Shown here: in pieces, positions 26,463-39,289 of the stretch | Position numbering within the stretch: the first letter of the stretch is position 1 | Layout of the letters: every line of letters starts with the position of its first letter | Assembly: GCA_026023565.1 (NCBI GenBank) | Contig: JAPETS010000012.1 | Coordinates: 558,001 to 622,000 of the forward strand | DNA length: 64,000 nucleotides | Reading direction: 5' to 3' | Source: Cirrosporium novae-zelandiae | Lineage: Eukaryota | Made by a program: the position numbers and the translations under genes | The notes under the pieces: generated by a model | What the model was told of the DNA's origin: nothing | The model's input: the letters and a program-made list of their open reading frames with translations, nothing else | The model's database searches: none

Positions 26463-27450
26463 CATGGCTGGCCCCGCAGACTTCTCCATGTGCCGTCTAT
26501 GACACCCAGAAATGGATCCCGGTGATAAGTTCGGTGGCCGTACCAAGCCTCCATACTTTGCTATTTCATACGCTTGAGGTCAATGGCGCCTCAAGCATAT
26601 CCAACCTGAGCATTTTACTGTCGCCGAGTTTGAGCATGTAATGAAAAATATTTTCAATGTTCGCCAGACTATCATCGACAAAGGTGCTACAGTAATCCAT
26701 ATACATCTTCATCAGGAAAACCCTCGCCTGACTTTACCCTACCTACAGTCGCAGATGCTTGGCTTGACGTCGCCTGCATTGACCAAACCCTAGGGTCTGC
26801 AGAAATGTCGGTAGAGGTAGGAAGACAGGGAAAATATTCTGCGGTGCGCTCGAGACATTTGTCTAGCTGAATCACTAAATTATAGATTCCTTACAGGTCT
26901 ATTGCGATGACGCTGGGCCCTTCTCGGAGCTCTAGTCACCGGAAACCGACAACAACGACGAACTCGCCTAGATTGCTTGCACCATCAAGTTCTTCTCCGA
27001 GGACTCTTGGTTTTCCTCGCTCTGGACACTCTAAGAAGCGTTCCTGTGATCCGCCATAACCTAAAGGCGACTTGCGGATAATAAAATGAATCAGCATTAG
27101 AAGTGTTACTGTGCTCCAAGGCCCTTCTACTCACCAAAGATGGCTAAATCTGGGGATTCAAAGACGACTCCCTCCTGATACTTTTCGAAATCACCCAGCA
27201 CCACCAAACCAGCCTCTCGAACCAGGAGGATCGCGTATACGGCATCATACAGGTCTTCAACTTCCAGCTAGGCAAGTCCAACAACCCCCAACGCTGATCC
27301 AAATCATCATATTATCCCATCCTCGCAGAGCTGGAAGACCAACTCCAAGCTGCCTTGCTCGAAAAAACACCCAATGCTAAGCCAGCTACATGTCCACACA
27401 CAATCCCCAGCACCCGGAAAGATTTGGAGAATAAGCTCGTATATTCCATT
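26463..27450 (+). pseudogene. HET (heterokaryon incompatibility) domain pseudogene
   Basis: Colinear HET motifs: HGWPRRLLHVPSMT; PPYFAISYA*GQW (TGA 26575); WLDVACIDQ...EVGRQ (about 26760); FV*L (TAG 26864); DSWFSSLWTL*EAFL (TAA 27032); DRVYGIIQVF; ELEDQLQAALLEKHPMLSQLHVH. Frameshifts and deletions are also present. Confidence 0.9.
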
Positions 27451-28133
27451 AACCCCTCACACCTAACCTTGTTTGATGAATCCTGAATCCAAAAAACCTC
27501 CACCGGGGACTCGTGGAGGATTTTATTTCGAGGAAGGGGTCTAGAAACTCCCACTCGCGTTCCTCTCCACCACCACCGCCACCCCAACTACTTCAACCAA
27601 CAACTCCACATGGGGCAAATTCTCCTGCCTCCACCTATCCATCCACTATCAGATCTCTCTCTCACCTGGAACTCTCATTCATACATAGCCACTCCATCCA
27701 TCCATCCATCCATAAATCGATTCAGAACCCTAGTCCCTCATCTCACTAGTGTAACGCGCTATCTAACGAAAATATACCCCACAGCTTCGGGTTCAAATAT
27801 ATAGATATATATAATCCTAAGACTTGGACTTGATTGTGAATTTTGAATTTTGTTTTGGTTTGTTTATTTTACTAATAGCGGCTAGGTTTGCAACTTTATT
27901 ATCGTTGTCGTAGTGATGATGGCGATGATGATAATGAAGATTGAGTAAAAGACTTTAGGGAAAAAAAAAGGGTTATTAGCATAAAGATAAGATGAGACTA
28001 GACACGGCCTCTCCGCTAGAGAGAGACAAAAAGACATATCTTTCTCATCCTCCTCGCCGTCCCCAACCATCCATCCAACATCGCCCAGCCAACACACCAA
28101 CAAAACCACAATCCCCCCCCCAACCCTCAACCT

Positions 28134-31100
28134 TCACCTCCAAGTCCTAGGTCCAAAAGTCCCATTCCCCGGTATAGCCTTCCACGGCGTACCCTTCCCA
28201 TCCACAGTCGTACTGCTAACATTATTCCCCCACCAACTCAACGACCCTCCAGGGAAAATAACGGTGAAGAAGATGACGATGGCTGAGACTGCGACGCCGG
28301 AGTCTAGGGCTGCGGAGAGGACGTAGTTGTATTTGGCCCACCAGTGAGTGAAGTGGGTTTTTATGTACTAGTTGGTAGATGGGTATGGGTTAGTATTTTT
28401 TTTGAGCTTTTGATGGATGTGGTATGCGTGTTTTTTTGTAGAACCAAAAGCAAGGGAGGCCATAATTTTTTCTTTTTTTTTTTTACTCACCTTATTGAAG
28501 ATAAAACTCGCCACAAAAGCTGTCGTATAATTAATCCCAGTCTTTCCTCAAAAGTCAGTAGTTATTAAATGGCTATTGGGGCCTAGCACACTTACTGCCG
28601 GAGGAAGATTTCCCGTTCCAGCGAAGAAGATAGGCCAGTGAATCGCTTTCAACAAAGCATTATCCGGAAACCATTTTTTCAGCATAAATGTGATGACCGG
28701 AAGCAAGGCGCCCAGCCAGAAAAGGTGAAGCAACCCGGAGTACATCTTTCCGATGCTATAAAGTCTCGAAGGTCCAATGGCTGTCGAGAAATAACAACAA
28801 CAGTGGCAGTTTGTCAGCACAAATTGACTGATTGACACCACGCTTTTCAATGAGGTATGCTACTAGACAAGGGAAGAGAATAAAACTCACCACCCCATAC
28901 TACCGAGCTGGTAAAGTTTACCCGGCCTTGAGGACAGGTATATCTATCCGGTTGGTCGCTATCGCAGATACCATTGATATGACCGAGCATCCAGATCAGA
29001 ACGCCGTCTAGAAGAATAGAGTCAGTTGAATATTCTCTCTCTCTCTCTCTCTCTCTAGGAGGAATCACGACGAACTTTGACTCAAGCTTCCAAGGATACA
29101 GCCAACCAGCTGTGCAACAAACAGAGTGCGCCGGGGAACCTTCATATATAAACCGAGCTACACGTTTTGCATTTAGCAACACAACACATTGTGCATAGTC
29201 ATAATCAACCTCAAAGAGCACACAAACCTTCATGTCAGAGCAGTAATTCATGGCTTGACTCAAAGCCGTGTATGCATAAAATTTGAAAATGAGCATCGCA
29301 ATCGGGCGTCCAGGAAGCAGGTAGCCAGAGATTATTTCACCCAGAACGGTTAGGACGTTGCTGTTTAGATTCGCCACTGCGTAAACGGTTCCAACCGGGA
29401 TGATGTAGACGCATGCCATCCCAAACGCAATTAGGACTCCCCAGAATGGCATCCCGGTATCCCACACATACATTGTCATTATGCTTAGTGCGAGGACGAT
29501 GACCTGCACTCAAATATTAGTCTGATTTGTATACTTCTGTTAACAAAATTTGAATAGTCCGCCTTGCTGAATCGAAGCACTCTCACAATCTGCAAGGATG
29601 CCCCTGAGAATTTTATATATGATAATTTATTCCATTAGGTTCAACCTTTCTTTCCAGGTTTGTTTTGTTTGAGAGCCTCCCGGATGCAAATAGCAGAAGT
29701 CCCAGGTGTACGAGGGTTATGGGCGACTTACTGTGAGCGCAGCATACCACCACCAGGCAATATCTTTATATTTCTGTATCAAACGAGCATGTATATCCTT
29801 CTTGTTCGTCCCCTTGAATGCTTGGAGGATATCTTGGGAGTGATACAGGAAGATATGAACAGGCAAGCAAGCCATTGTGGCAAATGAGATCCCATATCCT
29901 AGTGCAAAGGTCACTGGCATGAAGACTGGACTATACTCGGCATACTTGTCTTGGAGAAAATTTCCGTGACTATCGACAATCCGCGTACCGTTGTATTCTG
30001 CACCGGTATTGTCGTAAGAGTTGCTAGATGAAAATGGAAGATATGCCGTATACCAGGTGTTAGTGTAATATAGGATGGGCGATACCAAAGCAAAGAAACA
30101 CAGCCAACCGGCAAAAACATTCGCTTGTGCCCAAAAGGGTACAACCAATGGTGAACCATTGTAGGCGATTTGACTCCAATCAAATGTCGTGGGCAACAGC
30201 CCAAGCCCGGTTGACATCCCGAACAAATTGTTCACGATGATATTATCTAATATCAGTTAATCACTAAACCAAACATTCCTTGCCTTTTCCTGACTTACTA
30301 GGCGCAGCCCAGCAAATAAAAGCGAATGTACTGAGACCAGTGAAGATGAAACTTGGGAACCAATACCAAGAAAAGGAACCTATGAATACGTACAGGAAGA
30401 ATCGATATCTTGAGATCTTCCAGCCATTGGCAGTTGGGTTCATTCTGCTATGTAATGTCTCGAACAAGGCTGCATTAGCAAGGGTAGATGGCCAAATCTG
30501 CAAATTGGGTCAGCCGGTTTATAGCCATAACAGGCGTTAGGTATCCGCATACCATCTGTGGTGGCTCGACAATGAATCGATAGGCCAATCCTGCAATGCC
30601 AAGGCCAAAAAGTTGCATTGTCAAACCAAGGAGCAGTTGATATCCCACAGGAGTATCCAGCCCGTAAAAAGCCTTCTGGGCTTGGATAATATCAGTTGCC
30701 TAATACGGTCAGCCTCATAGAGGTAGAATTGGGTTTAATATGGGATACCCAAGATGTTCCAAAGCTGAGATTGGACATGATCGTAATGACGGTGTGCTCC
30801 TTTATATTAAATCTCCTATCAGGATTGAGCGTGAAACTCCATCCGAAAAGATGGAACGTTCTGACAGGCAGGATACTAGCAAGGAGGCAACCACAAGGGA
30901 AACTGAGAAGCTGGGTAACGAGAGATGTAATTGTGACAGAAGGATAATGGGCCGAGAAGAATGAGTTGATCCCAGAGCCGATCTGGATGTTGTCAATCGT
31001 ATAAACATTATAGCTCGGAAGGGAGCTAATACCAGAGCAAACACACATCCCAAAAACCACATACGGAAAGTATTTACAGGCAAGCTAACATCGTCCGTAT

Positions 31101-31320
31101 TGGGGACGTTTGCCCTAACTTCGGGGAATGGAGAGTTGTCTGAATCGATGGTATACTCTCCTTCGATATCATTGATAGCCTCTTCAGCAGCCTCACCAAT
31201 GATATCAACTTTGCCAGGTTCAAGATCATTGTTCTCATCATCCTCTCGAATGTCGGGATCAACGTCAGCTTTCGAATTTCCCGGCGCTTTCGATTGCCAT
31301 TGTTCCTGGTGGGACTCCAT
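28134..31320 (-). CDS. OPT-family small oligopeptide transporter
   Basis: DNSPFPEVRANV, NTFRMWFLG, FNIKEHTVITIMSN, IWPSTL, FDWSQIAY, DIHARL, KYNYVLSAALDSG and WWGNNV; multi-intron. Confidence 0.94.
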
Positions 31321-31880
31321 TGTAAATATTACGGAGGATGGCGAAAGCCACGGGTATGGAGTTGGACCCCATCTTATACTACTTAGAGGTTTTGCAATCT
31401 TTGAAGACGATTGACAGTTCCAGGATGTGATTTATTAGTGGTTTATTAGTTTCAGATGTTGTCAAAGATAGCGGCAATTGATGATGGCGACGAGGTTAAA
31501 AGGTAGATAAAGTGATGATTGGTGTTTTGGACAGGATAGGCGGGGGTTAGTCCCGGAGTTTTACTCGAGTCGGCCACCGGATGACGGACCCAGACGTTTC
31601 TCCGATAGACGGCCCAACCGTTGGAAGGTCTAGCCGAAGCTTGATTGTCATAGAGATACGCATTGGCTTTTTCTATTACTACAACCACCTACAACCACCC
31701 ACTCAACGGCAATATATCAACCTGGAAGCTCTAGGGACCAGGGGATCTAGATTTAAGTTCATCTACTGATTCTAACCAAAATGGATCCCTCCACACTATA
31801 TCTACTATCCATATGTACAAGACACTTTTTATGACCATTAACTGTGCTTGCATTCTCCTGGCCTGGCATAATCATTCACC

Positions 31881-33506
31881 ATGGATCACAACGCTTCTAT
31901 TCTAATCATCGGCAGGTATGTCTGTGTAGTTTTTGCGCCAATCTTTATACGCAGGCTGAAGAATTTCTAGTGGCACTTTTGGCCTCTCGACGGCCTATCA
32001 CTTGGCAAAGCGAGGATATACAAACATCACCGCAATCGACAAGCATCCCTGTACGGCTGCTTTCTAATGCGAATTTGATATTATTTTCTTAACTGTTGTA
32101 GGCCCTAGCTTGGATAGTGCTGGCAACGACCTCAACAAGATTATTCGAACAGAATATGACGAGCCGCTATATGCCGAAATGGGTATACCTCCTGAAGTAT
32201 CTGAATCATGGGGAAATTTAAAACGCTAATCATCTATAAAGCATTAGAGGCAATGGAAGCCTGGCGCGAACCCCTTTTCGATGGTATATTCCATGAAACC
32301 GGTATGGCACCCCACATACACCAGCTATTCCCTTTCTCTGTGCTTATCAAAAATCAAAAAGGTTGGATCGTCACCACCTGCGGTGAACCCAAGGCGGCAG
32401 CACATCTCCGCCAATCCTACCAAAATCTCATCGAGAAGCACGGGGCCTCAGGCATTGAGATGGTGGAGACGCCAGAGGATATCATCCGTCACGTTCCCCA
32501 GCTGAAAGATACAAAAACCCTGTCTAATTGGAAAGGGCTGTGGAATCAGCATGCCGGATGGGCGCATGCAAGCAAGGCTATGGAAAAGGTTGCATCGGAA
32601 GTACGTTTCCTCAATCACAGGCCTTTTCTTAAAAAAAAAAGAAAGAAAGAAAGAAAGAAAAAGAGCAGAAAATTAACCATCATATATCCTCCCCCTTAGG
32701 CCCAGAAGCTCGGCGTAACTTTCGTATCCGGCCCAGACGGCGAAATGGTAAGCCTCGAAACAACCACCTCCCCCAACAAAATTACCGGCATCAAAACCGC
32801 CTCCGGCAAGATCTGGACCGCATCCCACTACATCCTCTGCACGGGCGCCGCCTCCCCCGCCCTCCTCCCCGAACTATCCCCCCAACTCTGGTCCAAATGC
32901 TGGACCGCCGCCCACATCTCCCTCACCCCCTCCGAACTCTCCCAATTCCAAAACATGCCCGTAGTCGACAACCACGAGCTAGGATTCTTCTTCGAACCGG
33001 ACCCAGAAACCAGCTTACTAAAAATCTGCAACGCGACTCCGGGCTACCAAAACAAAGTGGGCTCTTACAACGGAGTTCCCTACTCCATCCCCCATTACCT
33101 AAGCTCCCATCCGGACGAGGGAATCCCCACCGAGGCCCTCGCCGCCATAAACAACTTCATCGACAACGTAATTCCCCAATTCAGCGGAAGGCCGCTGGTA
33201 GGGGCCCGCTACTGCTGGTGCACAGATACGCCCGATCAGCATTTCCTGCTCACCCCGCACCCGAAATATGAGGGGAGCCAGCTCATTCTCGCGACGGGGG
33301 ATAGCGGCCACGCGTTCAAGTTCCTGCCGACGATTGGGGCGTATATTGCGGATTGCTTAGAGGGGAAACCGAATGGGAATAGGGACGTTTGGGGGTGGAG
33401 GGAGAGGGGGGAGTGGAAGGCGGATCCGACGAGGCCTGGGGATGTGGTTAAGGATCTTAGGGATGTGGAGATGGGGATGGGGATGATAGAGGGGTCGAGA
33501 GGGTAG
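31881..33506 (+). CDS. FAD-dependent amino-acid oxidase (fructosyl-amino acid / saccharopine / pipecolate / sarcosine oxidase family)
   Basis: Spliced N-terminus MDHNASILIIGSGTFGLSTAYHLAKRGY...SAGNDLNKIIRTEY; CWCTDTPDQHF; ATGDSGHAFKFLPTIG. Confidence 0.92.
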
Positions 33507-34134
33507 AGGGTAGAATAGGGCTGGACTATGTTAAATATATATATATCCTAGGTGTGGAGATATCCACCGTACTCGTTGTATACCCGACACTACTACTGAA
33601 AGAAAGAAAGAAATCCTACTTCCAAATCCCAAGCATGGAAATTCCCCGTACTATATCTATATCTATATCTACTGTATATCCATATCCATACCCTCAACCC
33701 CTCCCCTCTCGGAAAAAGAAATACCACCACCAACCACCAACCTTAGAACTAAGATCTACTATACATACTACCAAACTCAATCAATCAATCATCCCCCCCC
33801 CGGCCCCTCCAGCGTCGTCGTCGTCGGTGGCGTTGTGAGATGGGTTTAGACATTTGAAAATCATATCTCGAATAATTAATTACTTATAATATGAATGATG
33901 ATGATAACAACAATAATTAAAAATTTCCGCTTTTTTGGTATTGGTATTGGGTTTCTCTTTTTTTTTTTTGGTAAAGGAATTTGTGTGAATATATATATTC
34001 AGATTTGAAATGATGACGATGACAACGATAACGATAACGACAAACCCCCTTCCTTTTTCGAGAGAGAGAGAGAGAGAGCCTCCACCCCAGATCCAAGACC
34101 GTTGATACCCACACCCACACCCACATCCACATCC

Positions 34135-36045
34135 CTACCCCCCCCTACCCCCCCTCCTAAAAAGCCTCGAAAACGACTCCTTAACCACCCCCCCCCTCCT
34201 AACCCCCCTAACAAAAACCGCAAAATCCCACCCCCCCAAACACACCTGCGGCGGCTGCGGATGCTCAACCTCACACCCCGCCGCACCCCGTGGCGGCGTA
34301 ACCTCTCTCCAATCCTCACAAATTTCCACACCCGAGGCGGCACACCGGACCTGCTCTGGGGAAAAATTAATGGCAATGAAGAACTGTTCGGTTTTTCCTG
34401 TGCGGAGGAATAGGATTAGGCTGGGGTTGCCGGTGGGTTTGTGCCATTTTGTGGGGCCGGTGCGGAGGGCGGAGTGGGTGCGGCGGAGGAGGGCGAGGGA
34501 GGTGTAGAAGGGGTGGAAGCGCGGGGATAGGGGGGCGTTCCAGTTTATGGGGGTGTGGGTGTTGTGGCCGCTGTGGTCGTTTCCGATTTCTTGGCCGGCG
34601 AAGAGGAGGGGGATTCCTTCGGTGGTGAAGTTGAAGAGGGCCGTTGCTAGGGTGGCGTCGGGGCCGTTGTAGGTGCTTAGGTCGGAGTCGGTGTCCCAGT
34701 TTTGGGTCAGCGAGAGGTGGTGCATCCCCGGCGGGTGGTGTTTTTGTTTTTCGAAGATGTTGATGAGGGGGGTGGCATTGTGGGTGGTGGTGACTTTGGA
34801 GAGGGCCGGCTGGAAGTCCCAGTGGTAGTCGAGATTGAAGGGTTTGAGCGAGAGGGAGGGGTTGTTGAGTTCGCCGAGGAGAATGACGTTGGGGTTTAGG
34901 TTGCGGAGGCTTTTGCCGAGAGAGGACCATACCCAGGCTGGAATCATGCGGTCGTCGCCGTAGGGGTTGTCGACCATATCGAAGCGGAAGCCATCGATGT
35001 TGAAGTTTTCCATCCACCAGGTTAGCATCTGGGTCATGTATTGTAGGACGGCTTTGCCGTTTTTGCTCTTGTAGTCTAGCTGCGCCACGTCAGAGTATGT
35101 GAAGGCTTGAGAGATTGATTGGGGATTGTTGGGGTTGCCGTCTGTGTGTACGTAGTACTCCGGGTGTTGGGAGATGAGTGGATTTGTCCAGGCAGTATGG
35201 TTCAGGACGGCGTCCATCATGATTTTCATGCCTAGACCATGTGCCTGCTGGATGAGATTACTGAAATCAGAATTCTGCCCTAGTGAAGGGTCTATGCTGT
35301 AGTGGTCAGCCACAGCATAAGGACTGTTGCAGGCGGGGTGGTCCCCGCATGGCACGCCGATGGGATGAATTGGCATAAGCAGGATGGTGGAAAATCCCAT
35401 GCTGGCTATATGCGGTAGCGCTCGTGTAACGCCTTCTAGATTTCCGGTGGAAGAGAAAATAGGCGTATAAATGTTATATATCATTTCATCTGCCAATGTA
35501 GATATCTTGATATGCGCACCTAAACCAGGGAGGGGATCGTGGGGGGTTGGGATGGGTTTAGGGACTGGAATAGACTGTGCGTTCATAGCCTCGGGAGTAT
35601 CATCATTAATAACCTCCCACTGAGCAAGGTCATCTTCTGTCGAAGCAAGCTGAACAACCGTTGAACCTGAAGAGCAGCTCATCTCAGCAGCACCAACAGC
35701 CAGCCCACTATTCTTGTTAATGAGGTTGAAAACCCCTCGGCCGGAAAGACTCAATGTCCATAGCTCGCTGGCACCGCCATTGCAAGACCATTGCTGGAGA
35801 CCAGCACCAGCTTCAGTACTCTCGTAGGAAACATTTAAACACATCTCTTTCGCTGATTCATTAATCAGATAATGAGAGTCTTGGTATTTTTGCAAAGACC
35901 ATCGCAACGCTTCTGATGCGGTCGTAGATTCCAACACAACTGGGGCGCCGGCATAGGTCTCACGACCGGCAACACTGAGAAACATGCCAGTTGCGACATT
36001 GCGAATCACAAAGGGCGATTGGGGGGGGGGCATATTGGTAGACAT
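34135..36045 (-). CDS. Ricin-B (CBM13-like) lectin fused to a GH13 alpha-amylase-family catalytic domain; intronless
   Basis: N-terminal beta-trefoil repeats (LRW, LQQW, ELW, AQW) and a Pro linker. GH13 motifs LMPIHPIG, SPYAVADHY, DAVLNHT, DGFRFDMV, LGE, QNWD and GIPLLFAGQEIG. No signal peptide. Confidence 0.9.
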   Translation of the reverse strand: MSTNMPPPQSPFVIRNVATGMFLSVAGRETYAGAPVVLESTTASEALRWSLQKYQDSHYLINESAKEMCLNVSYESTEAGAGLQQWSCNGGASELWTLSLSGRGVFNLINKNSGLAVGAAEMSCSSGSTVVQLASTEDDLAQWEVINDDTPEAMNAQSIPVPKPIPTPHDPLPGLGAHIKISTLADEMIYNIYTPIFSSTGNLEGVTRALPHIASMGFSTILLMPIHPIGVPCGDHPACNSPYAVADHYSIDPSLGQNSDFSNLIQQAHGLGMKIMMDAVLNHTAWTNPLISQHPEYYVHTDGNPNNPQSISQAFTYSDVAQLDYKSKNGKAVLQYMTQMLTWWMENFNIDGFRFDMVDNPYGDDRMIPAWVWSSLGKSLRNLNPNVILLGELNNPSLSLKPFNLDYHWDFQPALSKVTTTHNATPLINIFEKQKHHPPGMHHLSLTQNWDTDSDLSTYNGPDATLATALFNFTTEGIPLLFAGQEIGNDHSGHNTHTPINWNAPLSPRFHPFYTSLALLRRTHSALRTGPTKWHKPTGNPSLILFLRTGKTEQFFIAINFSPEQVRCAASGVEICEDWREVTPPRGAAGCEVEHPQPPQVCLGGWDFAVFVRGVRRGGVVKESFSRLFRRGGRGG

Positions 36046-36437
36046 GAACGGGTTATGTTGGCTGTGAATAAGATAACACATCCAACTGACAGGGATCTCC
36101 CCACCAGGATTTGACGTAAATGGTATTTGTCGAAGCCTCAGGCAGCGACAAATATGCCCAGGCGCTACTTTACTCTTCTCACTTTCATTTCACGCCCACT
36201 CCCATTCATTTGCTGGGGTGAGCTGTAGACTTCCTTTGCCATCAAGGCCGGTATTTTATGCTCCCTTGGCGTGTTTGTATGGAACATCAAAAGATATTAT
36301 TTTCAGAATATAATCCACCACAAATCATTCACCATTATATTAGCAAAGATTTCTAGTATTTAATATTTTTATATAGGGTATTAATATTCGACTATGTCAC
36401 CTAGTTCTTCATTGCATACCAAGGAAGAAGCTCCAGG

Positions 36438-37938
36438 TCATGCAACCTGCCCTATCTGGAACCACTGAGTCCCATCTTCCTCAACCTCATACTCCTCAAT
36501 CACTCCATCTTCAAGAGCATAAGCCCTCCTCCCTGCATTTGTCGCAAGGTGTGTGTGTGTATCTACACTACTCATCGTTTCCGGATTCTGTGTCTCCCAA
36601 TTGTCGGTTACGCCAGTCCACCACACATCGGTAACACCGTGATTTCCTGATGACAGGATGCCCATCAATATTGGTTGGCTGGTGTTAGTGAAGCCCCATG
36701 TAAAGGCCGCGATAGACACGTTGAAGGCAATTACCTGCAGTGAGCGGTCTGAGGCTTCCCGGTTTTGCCAATTACCATTCTTAGCTATAGATTCAGCACG
36801 TCAGCTAGATGACTGAACCAAAGCGCGAAACGAAAAACGCAAACACCTACCAGCGATAGAGTCAAATGCAGGGTCCCCCCACAACAGGTTACACAGATTG
36901 CCTGCTTCGATCTGATAGTATAATCTAAGACCCGTTGTGACACCGTCTTGACCCCAACGAAGTATCAATGAGATGCCAGATCCAGGTATAGGGTTGGCGT
37001 TAAGCGTCGACCATTCCCACCCAGAACCCGTGAAATTTCCCTGATTGAATTTATACGTGTTGTCCTGATAGACTAATAGCAAAGTGTTTGGGCATCCTAC
37101 ACAACCATCCTGGCGATGCCAGACGGTGCTAAGGCCGCTCGCCGAGAATGGGACAATCTCTTGTGATGTTAATGTGCCAGAAAGCCATTTGGTCCCATCT
37201 TCGGTATAATACTCGACAAGATTGCCACTTTCATTTATCCAATATATATTTATTTGCTTTCAAACCAATTAGTATGCTTCTTTCTGGGGCCTGAGGAACT
37301 GAATATGGATTACTTACAAAGTCCCAGCCCTGAGGTCCTGTCACCGCAGCAGCGATTGGTGAAGCCGTCTTTGCCTTTCCGATAGACTTGTTGGAGACAT
37401 ACCATTTATTGCTGGTAGTATTCCATGCTGACTCTCTAATATTGTTGCTCTCATCCTGATAGTAGATCCGATATTGCATGACATCACTGCTGTCATTCCA
37501 GGCGATTGATGCAAGCTGGGTGTTACTGAGAGTCGCTGTTGACTGAGCATTTGTTGAACTATCGGACGAGGCTGCAGTTGAATTATTGGCTGAAGTAGCG
37601 GTTGGGTTATTGGTCGAAGCAGTGGTAGATTCTTGCGATTGCTTTCTAGTAACTGCAACTCCAACCCCTACACCTACAGCAACTGCGACAATTGCCACCG
37701 CAGCAATCAACGCTATGATCCAGGGCCGTCCGATGCGTTTCTGTTTCCACTGACTTGGGCTCTGGGATACAACCTCCTTCTCATAATTTCCCACCTTTTC
37801 ATATTGGGATACTCCAACCGAGGCGGGTGGTGGTGTATCTGTGTTTACGGCTTCCTTTTGGGCATTGCCCATGGAGTGCCTAACTTCGAGGGTGCTGTAG
37901 TTTTCCATCCCATGCGTCTCTGCACCAGGCTGTGCCAT
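36438..37938 (-). CDS. Single-pass membrane protein with a fungal fucose-specific lectin-like beta-propeller
   Basis: TM helix (WIIALIAAVAIVAVAVGVGVGVAV), Ser/Thr stalk, then repeats YRIYYQDESNNIRESAW, LLVYQD and LRLYYQ. Introns near 37317-37258 and 36849-36776. Confidence 0.75.
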
Positions 37939-38449
37939 TTTGGCACATGTGCTTGAACATTCACAACAACAGCAAAAACGGTTAACAATAGTTCATGTCT
38001 AGAGACAAAGGTCGAAAAGCAGGCGGGAGAAGAACTGGAACTGAAAAGTAAAAATGAAAGACATAACGAAATGAAATTAGCCAAGACCCCTTAGAGGTTC
38101 CTTACAAAACTCAGTTAAAGGGCCTTGGAGTTGCAAAAGACCTGCATAAGAAGTAACACAAAAAGTCGTGGTTTGTGACGGGCGATTCAAGCAGAGCCAA
38201 CCAACTGTCCTTGAAGATAATAGCAGGATTCATATCCTGGGTTAGGAGGATCTTGGTATTACAATCATAATAAGGCTGAAACGTAGAAAAGTCAAAATAT
38301 TAACCTCCGCTAAGGGGAATATTCTCTGTTGTAATCTCCTTGTTTGGTTAGTATTATCTATTATTTCGCAAATTGACGTGCGCCAAATAAAGCTATCTTA
38401 TAGACTAGAAATACTTTCGTCTATTCTTTATCATTGTTTACTTCCCTAC

Positions 38450-39220
38450 TCACCAAGGCAATTGCACTGGCCCCTCCTTTGCCGTTTTCTTTCCCATAAC
38501 TGCATCCCAATTCCCAATATCTTGAGTACCTCTCGGTGCCCAGTATTGCCCGGTTTTCTCAAGAGAGAATTCTGTATCTACCCATTCACCCATTATCTTT
38601 GCAGCTTCGTCGGGAGTCAATGCACCCCCGTCATCCCAAAATTTGTCGAACCCGACGTTCTTTGTCATTTCGGTACGCATGAAACTTGGATGTGTAATTG
38701 CTACCGCAATATTTTTATCCTTGAGATCAAATGAGAGTTGTTTCCCAATCATATTCAAGGCTGCCTTGGACCCATGATGACCAAAGTTTCCACCACCTTC
38801 CTGTTCGTGTCGAAGCGATATGGACCCGGATTCAGAGGATACGAGGATGACTTTACTGCCCTTTACAAGAACATTGGATTGGACGAGCGAATGGACGATG
38901 AAAATGGGAGCGATAGCAGAGGTGGTATACATCTTGAGCTCATCTTCCCAATTTGGACCCTCCTTGAAATTTTCTGTGGCAAAATAGCCGGCTGTGATGT
39001 ATATAATATCAATGTGCTTGGTTTTAAGGGACGATACGAGGTCAGAACCACACGTTGGTTCCATAAGATCGACACCTGTTATCCAGGTAGCATCAAGGTT
39101 ATCAGGCGCTTGTTGGGAGCGACAAGTGGCATAGACTGTTGTAGAAGATTGTGAGGCATAGTAAGAAACAAGAGAGGCCCCAAGGCCGCGCGTGGCGCCT
39201 ATGATAAGAATTGATGGCAT
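38450..39220 (-). CDS. CsgA/C-factor-like short-chain dehydrogenase
   Basis: IIGATRGLG, VSSESGSI, GHHGSKAALNM (His in place of the catalytic Tyr) and HPSFMRTEM. Confidence 0.88.
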   Translation of the reverse strand: MPSILIIGATRGLGASLVSYYASQSSTTVYATCRSQQAPDNLDATWITGVDLMEPTCGSDLVSSLKTKHIDIIYITAGYFATENFKEGPNWEDELKMYTTSAIAPIFIVHSLVQSNVLVKGSKVILVSSESGSISLRHEQEGGGNFGHHGSKAALNMIGKQLSFDLKDKNIAVAITHPSFMRTEMTKNVGFDKFWDDGGALTPDEAAKIMGEWVDTEFSLEKTGQYWAPRGTQDIGNWDAVMGKKTAKEGPVQLPW

Positions 39221-39252
39221 AGCTGTATGATTATGGAAGAAAGAGATGTAGT

Positions 39253-39289
39253 TTTAGACGTAGGTTTAGACGTAGGTTTAGACGTAGGT
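39253..39289. repeat. 12-bp tandem repeat x3 (TTTAGACGTAGG) just upstream of the SDR start
   Basis: Directly visible in the sequence. Confidence 0.85.

Noticed and set aside
16828..33506. Secondary-metabolite biosynthetic cluster around the CoA ligase
   Set aside because: There is no PKS, NRPS, terpene synthase or DMATS backbone gene in the window, and the genes look catabolic.
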